Assembly: GCA_030838265.1 (NCBI GenBank)
Contig: JAUTXA010000036.1
Location: forward strand, 1-37,158
DNA: 37,158 nt
Source of the DNA: Actinomycetota bacterium
GTDB lineage: Bacteria > Actinomycetota > Acidimicrobiia > Acidimicrobiales > BP-101
Reading direction: 5' to 3'
Positions 10,037-17,646 of the stretch are shown here, piece after piece. How positions within the stretch are numbered: position 1 is the stretch's first letter; each line of letters begins with the position of its first letter. The position numbers and the translations under genes were made by a program. The notes beneath the pieces are model-generated. The model was not told where the DNA came from and searched no databases. It was given only the letters and a program-made list of their open reading frames with translations.

Positions 10037-10042
10037 GCCCGC

Positions 10043-11005
10043 ATGCCGACGTTCTGGTCTGAGCAGCGCGTCCTGGTGACGGGTGGCTCGGGCTTCGTGG
10101 GGCGCAGCGTCGTCCGCCAGCTCGATGCAAAGGCGCCCGCCGCCGTGTTCACGCCGTCGAGCCGCGACTACGACCTCACCCAGCCCGAGGCGGCCCGTCA
10201 GCTCTTCGACGACACCGACCCGACCCTCGTGATCCACCTGGCCGCCCGGGTCGGGGGCATCGGCGCCAACATGGCCCATCCCGCCGAGCTCTACCTGGCC
10301 AACCTGCTGATGGGCACCTACGTCATCGAGGAAGCCCGCCGGAAGGGCACCGACAAGAGCGTGCTGGTGGGCACCATCTGCTCGTACCCAAAGATCGTCC
10401 CGATGCCCTTCAAGGAGGAGACCCTGTGGGACGGCTACCCCGAGGAGACCAACGCCCCCTACGGGATCGCCAAGAAGGCCCTGCTGGTGCACGCCCAGGC
10501 CAACCGTGACCAGTACGGCCAGAACTCGGTCTTCCTGCTGCCCACCAACCTGTTCGGGCCGGGCGACAAGTTCCACCCCAGCGTTTCGCACGTCATCCCC
10601 GCCCTCATCAAGAAGTGCGTCGACGCCAAGGAGCAGGGGAGCCACACCCTCGACGTGTGGGGCACGGGGGCGGCGACGCGCGAGTTCCTGTACGTCGACG
10701 ACGCGGCCGAGGGCATGCTCCTGGCGGCCGAGCACTACGACGGAGCCGACCCGGTGAACCTGGGCTCGGGCGAAGAGCTGGCCATCCGCGACCTGGCCGA
10801 GCTCATCGCCCGTCACGTCGGATTCGACGGCGAGCTGAAGTGGGACCCGTCCAAGCCCGACGGCCAGCCCCGGCGCAAGGTCGACACCACCCGGGCCGAG
10901 AAGACGTTCGGGTTCGTGGCCCACACCACCATGGAGGACGGCCTGCGCCGCACCATCGAGTGGTATCTGGCCAATCGGGACGAAGCGGAGTCGGCCGCCT
11001 TCTGA
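10043..11005 (+). CDS. fcl: GDP-L-fucose synthase (GDP-4-keto-6-deoxy-D-mannose 3,5-epimerase/4-reductase)
   Basis: ATG at 10043 (residue 50 of track ORF 9896..11005). RVLVTGGSGFVGRSV, CSYPK, NAPYGIAKKALL, LPTNLFGPGDKFHP..SHVIPALIKK and GTGAATREFLYVDD match Fcl/WcaG. 320 aa. Confidence 0.88.
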   Translation: MPTFWSEQRVLVTGGSGFVGRSVVRQLDAKAPAAVFTPSSRDYDLTQPEAARQLFDDTDPTLVIHLAARVGGIGANMAHPAELYLANLLMGTYVIEEARRKGTDKSVLVGTICSYPKIVPMPFKEETLWDGYPEETNAPYGIAKKALLVHAQANRDQYGQNSVFLLPTNLFGPGDKFHPSVSHVIPALIKKCVDAKEQGSHTLDVWGTGAATREFLYVDDAAEGMLLAAEHYDGADPVNLGSGEELAIRDLAELIARHVGFDGELKWDPSKPDGQPRRKVDTTRAEKTFGFVAHTTMEDGLRRTIEWYLANRDEAESAAF

Positions 11006-11039
11006 AGGCGGTGCGCGCCGAGTAAGGTCTCCCCCCGGC

Positions 11040-11768
11040 ATGGGCAAGGCATCGAGCTCGAAGAAGGTGGCACGCGCCGCCAGCACTGGCGGCGGTCGCA
11101 CCAACCGCGGTCGCACGCCGGTTCTGTACTACGGCGCCCTCTTCATCATCGCTGCTTTGGGCTTCACCGGCATCGCCGTCAGCCGGGGCGCGGGCAAGGC
11201 CAACGCCAAGGTCCCGCCCACCACGGCCGACCACTGGCATGCCGCCTTCGGCTTCTACTTCTGCGACCAGTTCGCCGCCGCTCCGGGCGACAAGGCCGGC
11301 GACCTCTACGGCATCCACACCCACGCTGACGGACTGATTCACATCCATCCCTTCTCGTCCCGCACCACCGGCAAGAACGCCACCCTGGGGGCGATCATCA
11401 CCGACATCGGCGGCACGCTCAGTGAGACCAGGGTGGGCATCCCCGGCCACAAGACGATGAAGAACGGCGACAAGTGCGGCAAGGACGTCGGCAAGGTCCG
11501 GGTCATCGTGTGGGACAACGCAGCGGCTAAGAAGGGCAAGCCGGTCGCCGGCGATCCCAAGTCGCTCCGGCTGAAGAACGGCGAGATCATCACCACCGCC
11601 TTCGCTCCCGCCAACAAGGACATCCCCAAGCCGCCCTCGGCCAAGGACGTCGCCAATCCGGGCGACCTCGGCACCACGCCGACGCCGACACCGACGACGG
11701 TCGCAGGCAACAGCTCGTCGACGACGACCCCCGCGGCCTCGTCGACCACCGCGACCACCCTGAGGTGA
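11040..11768 (+). CDS. hypothetical membrane-anchored, His-rich extracytoplasmic protein with Thr/Ser/Pro-rich tail
   Basis: Basic N-terminus followed by one hydrophobic helix (VLYYGALFIIAALGFTGIAV). His cluster DHWHAAFGFYFCD...GIHTHADGLIHIHPF. C-terminal TTPTPTPTTVAGNSSSTTTPAASSTTATT. High GC3 throughout. The stop overlaps the next gene's start (GTGA). Confidence 0.7.
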   Translation: MGKASSSKKVARAASTGGGRTNRGRTPVLYYGALFIIAALGFTGIAVSRGAGKANAKVPPTTADHWHAAFGFYFCDQFAAAPGDKAGDLYGIHTHADGLIHIHPFSSRTTGKNATLGAIITDIGGTLSETRVGIPGHKTMKNGDKCGKDVGKVRVIVWDNAAAKKGKPVAGDPKSLRLKNGEIITTAFAPANKDIPKPPSAKDVANPGDLGTTPTPTPTTVAGNSSSTTTPAASSTTATTLR

Positions 11769-12757
11769 AGGCCGTTGTCCTCGTCGGTGGCGAGGGCACC
11801 CGGCTCCGGCCCCTGACGTTCACCACGCCCAAGCCCCTGCTCCCGGTGGCAGGCGTGCCGATGCTCGAGCGCATCCTCGGCCACCTGGTCGCCAACGGCA
11901 TCACCGAAGCCGTGCTCTCGATGGGCTACCGGCCCGACGCCATCGAGTCGGCCTACCCGGACGGGGTGTGTGGCGGGGTGGCTATCACCTACGCCGTCGA
12001 GCCCGAGCCCCTCGACACCGCCGGGGGCGTGGCCTTCGCGGCCCGCCACGCCGGGCTCGACTCGACGTTCCTTGTCTTGAACGGCGACGTATTGAGCGAC
12101 ATCGACCTGACCGGGCTGCTCGCCTTCCACAAGGCTCGCGGAGCTGAGGCCACCATCGCCCTCACCCCGGTCGACGACCCGTCGTCGTTCGGCGTCGTCC
12201 CCAGCGATGACGAGGGCCGGGTCACGGCCTTCATCGAGAAGCCGACTCGTGACGAGGCGCCGACCAACCTCATCAATGCGGGCTACTACGTGGTCGAGCC
12301 TTCACTGGTGGAGCGCATCCCCGCCGGTCGCCGGGTGAACATCGAGCGCGAGACCTTCCCGCTGCTGGTGGCCGATCGAACCCTCTACGCCCTGGCCAGC
12401 GACGACTACTGGACCGACACCGGCACCCCCGTCCTCTACCTCGAAGCCAACCTGCACGCCCTGGCCGGCACCACCTGGTTCGGCCCGGGTGCCCGGGTCG
12501 ACACAGCCGGGGCCGCAGTCAGCGCCAGTGCAGTGGGCGCGCGCACCACCATCGGCGCGGGGGCCGAGGTCATCGAGTCGGTGCTGCTCGACGACGTCAC
12601 TGTTGAGCCGGGAGCCCGGGTGCAGCGTTCGCTGATCGGTGCCCGCTCGGTGATCGGCGCCGATGCCGTGGTCGAAGGACTGAGCGTGGTCGGCGACGGC
12701 GTGCGGGTGGCAGCCGGCGACCGCCTCGTCGGGTCGCGAGTGCCGGAGCCGGCATGA
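11765..12757 (+). CDS. manC: mannose-1-phosphate guanylyltransferase (GDP-mannose pyrophosphorylase)
   Basis: VKAVVLVGGEGTRLRPLTFTTPKPLLPVAGVPMLE nucleotidyltransferase motif plus a C-terminal left-handed beta-helix-like repeat region. Resembles mycobacterial ManB (Rv3264c). 330 aa. Confidence 0.85.
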   Translation: MKAVVLVGGEGTRLRPLTFTTPKPLLPVAGVPMLERILGHLVANGITEAVLSMGYRPDAIESAYPDGVCGGVAITYAVEPEPLDTAGGVAFAARHAGLDSTFLVLNGDVLSDIDLTGLLAFHKARGAEATIALTPVDDPSSFGVVPSDDEGRVTAFIEKPTRDEAPTNLINAGYYVVEPSLVERIPAGRRVNIERETFPLLVADRTLYALASDDYWTDTGTPVLYLEANLHALAGTTWFGPGARVDTAGAAVSASAVGARTTIGAGAEVIESVLLDDVTVEPGARVQRSLIGARSVIGADAVVEGLSVVGDGVRVAAGDRLVGSRVPEPA

Positions 12758-13698
12758 AGGCCCTCGTCACGGGCGGCGCCGGCTTCATCGGGTCGACGCT
12801 GGTCGACCGCCTGCTCGCCGAGGGCCATGCCGTCGACGTCATCGACGATCTGAGCAGCGGCTCGCTGGCCAACCTGTCGGACGCCCGCTCCGACTCGTCG
12901 CACGCTCTGACGTTCCACCAGATCGACATCCGCAACCCCGGGGTGGCCGATCTCATCGCCCGCCGCCAGCCCGACGTCGTCTACCACCTGGCCGCCCAGG
13001 CCGACGTGCGGGTCTCGGTCGCCAACCCCGTGCTCGACGCCGAGATCAACATCATCGGCAGCCTCAACGTGCTCGAGGGAGCCCGCCAGGGCGGGGCCCG
13101 CAAGGTCGTCTTCGCCTCGAGCGGCGGCACCATCTACGGCGACCCCGACCCGTCCGCCCTTCCGGTGCGCGAGTCACATCCGCAGGTGCCGGTGTCGCCT
13201 TACGGCGTTGCCAAGAAGGCGGTGGGTGACTACCTGGCCGCCTACCGGCAGCTGCACGACCTCGAGTTCACGGCCCTCGCTCTGGCCAACGTCTACGGGC
13301 CGCGGCAGGACCCGCACGGCGAGGCCGGGGTGGTCGCCATCTTCGCCGGCCGCCTGCTGGCCGGCGAGCCCTGCACCGTCTTCGGCGACGGCACGCAGAC
13401 GCGCGACTTCGTCTTCGTCGACGACGTGGTCGACGCCTTTGCCCGGGCCGCCGAGAAGGGCTCGGGCCTCGTCATCAACATCGGCACCGGCGTCGAGACG
13501 AGTGTCAACCGCCTCTACGCCACCATGGCCGACGGGGCGGGCGTCAGCGACGACGCGGTGCGAGCCCCGGCCCGCCCCGGCGAGCTGCTGCGCTCATCGC
13601 TCGACCCGGGCCGGGCCGGCATCCACCTCGGGTGGAAGCCGTGGACCACCCTCGAGGAAGGCACCGCCGCCGTCCTCCGCTGGTTCCGCGACAGGTAG
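12754..13698 (+). CDS. galE: UDP-glucose 4-epimerase family SDR
   Basis: MKALVTGGAGFIGSTLVDRLLAEGH..., YGVAKKAVGDY (YxxxK), NVYGPRQDPHGEAGVVAIFA and FGDGTQTRDFVFVDDVV. Very similar by eye to mycobacterial GalE1. The ATG overlaps the manC stop (ATGA). Confidence 0.85.
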   Translation: MKALVTGGAGFIGSTLVDRLLAEGHAVDVIDDLSSGSLANLSDARSDSSHALTFHQIDIRNPGVADLIARRQPDVVYHLAAQADVRVSVANPVLDAEINIIGSLNVLEGARQGGARKVVFASSGGTIYGDPDPSALPVRESHPQVPVSPYGVAKKAVGDYLAAYRQLHDLEFTALALANVYGPRQDPHGEAGVVAIFAGRLLAGEPCTVFGDGTQTRDFVFVDDVVDAFARAAEKGSGLVINIGTGVETSVNRLYATMADGAGVSDDAVRAPARPGELLRSSLDPGRAGIHLGWKPWTTLEEGTAAVLRWFRDR

Positions 13699-13743
13699 CG
13701 ACAGCGCGGGTGGGGCCGTCGATGGCTCCAAAGCCAACAGGGG

Positions 13744-14442
13744 TTAGCGGAAGAGGTCTTCGGCGTAGGGACGGACGATCTCGTCCTTGACCGATGACTC
13801 GCGCAGCCACGTCGGGTCGACGCCGCGAACGATGGCGACCGGCACACCGCGGGATTTGCCCATGACCAGCTCGGCGGCGCAGGCGATCTCGTCAGCCACG
13901 CAGACCTCGGTGACCTCGAGTTCGCGCCCCAGGGCGTCGGTGGTGCCCCGCAGGTCGACCACGGCGGCGACGCCGGCGGTGCCGATGGCCACGTCGGTGA
14001 CGCCTTTGCGCCACGTGCGCCCAAACGTGTCGGACACGATGACGCCGACCGAGTGCCCGGTCCGGGCCCGGAGCCCGTCGCGGATGCGGCGGGCCGAGCG
14101 GTCGGGGTCGACGGGGAGGAGGGCGGCCCACCCCCTGGCCACGTTCGACAGGTCGACCCCCGCGTTGGCGCACACGAAGCCGTGCGAGGTCTCGGTCATG
14201 ATCAGGTCGCCCCGGCGGCGCAGGACGCGCACCGCTTCGCGCTCGACGAGGTGCTTGTGGGCGACGGGGTCGGCAGCGTCGATCTCGACCAGCCGACCCT
14301 CGGCCTTCGACACGATCTTCTGGGTGACGACGACGACATCGCCAGAGACAAGTGGCGCGTGCTGGGCGATGAGGTCGACGAGGGCATCACCCGGAAGGAC
14401 CTGGGGGAAGCCCTCGACGGGGATGACCGACAGAGCCGTCAC
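13744..14442 (-). CDS. cofE: coenzyme F420-0:L-glutamate ligase, single-domain form
   Basis: GTG at 14442 overlaps the cofD stop (GTGA). VVVVTQKIVSKAEGR, HGFVCANAGVDLSN and IVSDTFGRTWRKG are CofE motifs. 232 aa. Residues 1-186 of track ORF 13744..15000 are an out-of-frame artefact over cofD. Confidence 0.88.
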   Translation of the reverse strand: MTALSVIPVEGFPQVLPGDALVDLIAQHAPLVSGDVVVVTQKIVSKAEGRLVEIDAADPVAHKHLVEREAVRVLRRRGDLIMTETSHGFVCANAGVDLSNVARGWAALLPVDPDRSARRIRDGLRARTGHSVGVIVSDTFGRTWRKGVTDVAIGTAGVAAVVDLRGTTDALGRELEVTEVCVADEIACAAELVMGKSRGVPVAIVRGVDPTWLRESSVKDEIVRPYAEDLFR

Positions 14443-15359
14443 GCGCCGAGGACGACCTTGGCCAGGGCGGCGGCCTTCTCGCGGTCGCTCATGATCGTGG
14501 GGGCCACGACGCAGGTCATGCCCTCGTCCTCGACGGCGCGGGCCTTGGCCGCGTCGGCCTCGTCGATGACGAGGGTGCCGGCGAACGGGGCGTAGAGCCG
14601 GGCCACGCCGACCACCGATGACTCGTGACCCAGCTCGGTGAGCATGCGGTCGGCCGGGCCCTTGAGGGCGGCGCCGGCGACGATGGGGGAGATGGCGACG
14701 GTGCGCTGGCGGCGGGCCGCCACCTCGTGCTCGACGCCCGGCACGGCCAGGATAGGGCCGATCGACACGATCGGGTTCGACGGGCAGATGACGACCAGGT
14801 CGGCCGACCGGATGGAGCGGAGCACGTCGGGCCCGGGGGTCGACCGCTCGACACCGGCGAAGCGGACACCCGTGACGGGCACGGAGTGGGCCCGTCCCAC
14901 GAAGTACTCCTGAAAGCCGATCTCGCCCTCGCCCTCGACCGTGACCCGGGTCTCGATGCGGTCGTCGGACATGGGCAGGAGGCGCAGCCCGAGACCCCAC
15001 GCGCTGGTGATCTCGGCCGTGACCTCGGTGAGGGTGGCGCCGTCGGCCAGGCGCTGGGTGCGGAAGAGGTGGGTGGCCAGGTCACGGTCGCCGAGCCGGA
15101 ACCAGGTGGCGCCCCGGTAGCGCTCGAGGGCGTCCATGGCCTGCCAGGTCTCGCCGACGAGGCCCCACCCCGTCTCGGGGTTCACGGCCTCGGCCAGGGT
15201 GTAGGTGACGGTGTCGAGATCGGGGCTGATGTGCAGCCCATGAAGGGTGATGTCGTCGCCGGTGTTGACGATGGCCGTGACGTCGTCGGGCGGGACGACG
15301 GCCAAGAGGCCGCGCAGGAAGCGGGCGGCACCAACTCCTCCGGCCAGGGCGACGATCAC
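14439..15359 (-). CDS. cofD: 2-phospho-L-lactate (or EPPG) transferase, F420 biosynthesis
   Basis: MIVALAGGVGAARFLRGLLAVVPPDDVTAIVNTGDDITLHGLHISPDLDTVTYTL is the canonical CofD/FbiA N-terminus. 306 aa. Confidence 0.92.
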   Translation of the reverse strand: MIVALAGGVGAARFLRGLLAVVPPDDVTAIVNTGDDITLHGLHISPDLDTVTYTLAEAVNPETGWGLVGETWQAMDALERYRGATWFRLGDRDLATHLFRTQRLADGATLTEVTAEITSAWGLGLRLLPMSDDRIETRVTVEGEGEIGFQEYFVGRAHSVPVTGVRFAGVERSTPGPDVLRSIRSADLVVICPSNPIVSIGPILAVPGVEHEVAARRQRTVAISPIVAGAALKGPADRMLTELGHESSVVGVARLYAPFAGTLVIDEADAAKARAVEDEGMTCVVAPTIMSDREKAAALAKVVLGA

Positions 15360-15404
15360 TGAGCCGAGGCTAACCCGACCCTCCCGGCAATCGAGCCTCG
15401 AGGC

Positions 15405-16643
15405 TCAGGCTGTTGCGGCGCCCCGCACGATGTTCCAGTTGGCCCAGATGGCCGGCGTGCTGCAGCTGCTGCCGACGCCGACGAGCCCGCCCGAGTTGGT
15501 CAGCACCACGCCGCTGCCCGACTTGATCACGGCGAAGGCGCCCGAGCCGGCCGCCGTGGCCGCCGTGCTGAGGGCCGGGGGCATGGTGTTGTTGCCGACG
15601 GCGAAGGGGCTGAGGCCGCCGTTGCTGTCGACGATGTAGCCGCCGGTGCCATTGGGGAGCATGACGATGCTGCGGGCCTTGTCGGCGCCGAAGTACTTGC
15701 CGCCCCGGGCGTCGGGCATCCCGCCGAAGGGATGGAGGCCGCCGAAGCCGTCGAGCTCGTAGCCCCGTGCGCTGCTCGTGGGGTCGACCGCCAGGTCGCG
15801 GGCGATGTCCCAGTTCTTCCAGTAGGGAGTGCCGGTGATCGCGGGCGCGTTGCCGAAGGGGTGGATGCCGCCGAAGGCGTCGAGGACGTAGGCCCCCTTG
15901 AGGTCGGGCGTCACGGCCAGGGCGTTGGCGATGTCCCAGTTCTTCCAGTACCCGCCGCCGGAGAGCATCGGCAGGCCGCCGACGGGATGGATGCCGCCGA
16001 AGCCGTCGAGGACGTAGCCCTTGCCAGTCGAGTTCACGGCCAGGTCGCGGGCGATGTCCCAGCCGAAGTAGGGAGCGCCGCTGAGGTTGGGAGCCGAGCC
16101 GAGGTTGTGGATGCCGCCATAGCCGTCGAGGAACCAGCCGTTGGGCGGCGTGCACTCGTTGAGTCCGGTCGGGCCGCTGATGGCCGGGCCCTTGATGAAG
16201 TCGAAGGTGATCCAGAGGTTGCCGTCGTCGCCGTTGACGGCGCCGATGCCCACCCGGTTGTAGTCACCGAGCTCGTTGGCCTTGTGGCCGGGCGAGTTCC
16301 AGAAGGCGTTCTGCAGGGACGGCACGCTGGGGCCGTAGCCGACGTTCTCGCCGACCCTGGTCCAGTCGTTCGTCACCCGGGTCGAGATCTGCGACACGTA
16401 GTTGGGGTTGTGGCCGAGCACCCGCTGGGCCGCCATCTGGCCCGTCCACCCGCGGGCCACGCTGCTGGCCGCCGAGTCGAACACCATCGGGCCCAGGCCG
16501 CTGCCCGCACGCGCCTGGTTGAGCACCTTGAGGAAGGCCATCTCGGCCTCGCCGGAGTAGCTGGCGGCGGCCGCCGGACGGGCCGGTGCCAGTACCAGGA
16601 CCGTCATGAGCACTGCCAGGAAGGAGAGAGCCAGCCGTCGCAT
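15405..16643 (-). CDS. secreted CAP/SCP-domain protein with a C-terminal 6-copy ~42-aa repeat module
   Basis: ATG at 16643 gives signal peptide MRRLALSFLAVLMTVLVLAPARPAAAA. CAP-type region (…GHNPNY…GENVGYG…WNSPGHKANE…VGIGAV). Tandem GYVLDG[FY]GGIH…PY[FW]xxWDIAR repeats follow. Confidence 0.85.
   Translation of the reverse strand: MRRLALSFLAVLMTVLVLAPARPAAAASYSGEAEMAFLKVLNQARAGSGLGPMVFDSAASSVARGWTGQMAAQRVLGHNPNYVSQISTRVTNDWTRVGENVGYGPSVPSLQNAFWNSPGHKANELGDYNRVGIGAVNGDDGNLWITFDFIKGPAISGPTGLNECTPPNGWFLDGYGGIHNLGSAPNLSGAPYFGWDIARDLAVNSTGKGYVLDGFGGIHPVGGLPMLSGGGYWKNWDIANALAVTPDLKGAYVLDAFGGIHPFGNAPAITGTPYWKNWDIARDLAVDPTSSARGYELDGFGGLHPFGGMPDARGGKYFGADKARSIVMLPNGTGGYIVDSNGGLSPFAVGNNTMPPALSTAATAAGSGAFAVIKSGSGVVLTNSGGLVGVGSSCSTPAIWANWNIVRGAATA
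15408..16139 (-). repeat. protein-level tandem repeat module, 6 copies (last two degenerate)
   Basis: Copies begin GWFLDGYGGIH, GYVLDGFGGIH, AYVLDAFGGIH, GYELDGFGGLH, GYIVDSNGGLS and GVVLTNSGGLV. Period 40-43 aa. Confidence 0.85.
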
Positions 16644-16687
16644 ACACAGGGTCTCGGCCCGATCCGTGCCTGACTTGAGAAAGTATC

Positions 16688-16708
16688 TAGTCACAACGTA
16701 GTCACAAC
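16688..16708. promoter_or_regulatory. exact tandem direct repeat TAGTCACAAC-g-TAGTCACAAC (11-bp phasing) in the AT-richer divergent intergenic region
   Basis: Read directly at 16688-16697 and 16699-16708. On the minus strand it reads GTTGTGACTAcGTTGTGACTAgaTACTTT. That gives a possible TTGTGA(-35)/16 nt/TACTTT(-10) promoter for the CAP-repeat gene. The repeat could also be an operator. Confidence 0.4.
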
Positions 16709-16827
16709 CGGAATGCCCGATTGGTGGACCGGAAGAGCCCGACCGAAGGGGTCAGAAGGGGCGCCGGTGGTAAGGTCCGAACCGGTTTCCAGGCGTGCTC
16801 GCCCAAGCAAGGAGTGCTGCGAGACCA

Positions 16828-17646
16828 GTGTCGATCGATACCGCTCCGGCGGCGCGCATGGGCGAGCTGTGGAGCGCCCGGCAGCTTCTGCGCAACCTCA
16901 CGGTGCGCGAGCTCAAGGTCCGCTACAAGCGGTCGGCCATCGGGTTCCTCTGGAGCCTGGTGAACCCATTGCTGCAGATGGCGGTTTTCTCGCTGGTCTT
17001 CGGCAAGTTGTTCAGCGCCAGCAAGACCATCCCCCAGTTCCCCATCTTCTTCATCGTCGCTTTCCTCCCGTGGGCCTTCTTCCAGGGCTCGGTGCAGAAC
17101 TCGACGGGCGCCATCGTGGGCAACGCCAACCTGGTCAAGAAGGTGTACTTCCCCCGCGAGGTGCTCCCGGTGGCGACGATGCTGGCCCAGTTCGTCCACC
17201 TGCTCCTGGCTGAGCTGGTGCTCTTCGTCGTCCTGGCCATCGGGGGCAACGACTTCCTGCCCTACCTCCCGGTGTTCGTCATCGCCACCGTCATCGTGGT
17301 GGTGCTGGCCACCGGCTTCGCCATGCTCTTCGCCGCTCTCAACACCGCGTTCCGCGACGTCCAGGAGCTATCCGGCGTCCTGTTCCTCGTGTGGTTCTAC
17401 GCCACCCCGGTCGTCTATCCGCTGAGCCTGGTGCCGTCCAAGTGGCGTTGGGTGCTCAGCCTCAACCCCATGACCCACGTGGTGCGGCTCTACCGCTACG
17501 CCCTCTACCCGGTGCCGCGGGCGGGCGGGTTCGCCTGGCCCCCGGTCACGGTGGTCGCCGCCGGCGCCGCCTTTGCCGTCGCCGCCCTCGTGCTCGGCTA
17601 CGTGGTCTTCGGCCGCATGGCCGCCAACTTCGCCAAAGAGGTCTGA
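16828..17646 (+). CDS. wzm: ABC-2 type polysaccharide exporter permease (Wzm/TagG-like)
   Basis: [49 protein letters not shown] is the typical Wzm N-terminal motif, followed by 6 hydrophobic segments. Start ambiguous: GTG 16795, GTG 16828 (AAGGAG 13 nt upstream, chosen) or ATG 16858. Confidence 0.85.
   Translation: MSIDTAPAARMGELWSARQLLRNLTVRELKVRYKRSAIGFLWSLVNPLLQMAVFSLVFGKLFSASKTIPQFPIFFIVAFLPWAFFQGSVQNSTGAIVGNANLVKKVYFPREVLPVATMLAQFVHLLLAELVLFVVLAIGGNDFLPYLPVFVIATVIVVVLATGFAMLFAALNTAFRDVQELSGVLFLVWFYATPVVYPLSLVPSKWRWVLSLNPMTHVVRLYRYALYPVPRAGGFAWPPVTVVAAGAAFAVAALVLGYVVFGRMAANFAKEV

Noticed and set aside
13712-13729. Hairpin GGGGCC-gtcgat-GGCTCC between the convergent galE and cofE genes, considered as a bidirectional intrinsic terminator.
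   Set aside because: The stem is only 6 bp and includes a G-U pair. There is no flanking U/A tract on either strand, so it is too weak to call.
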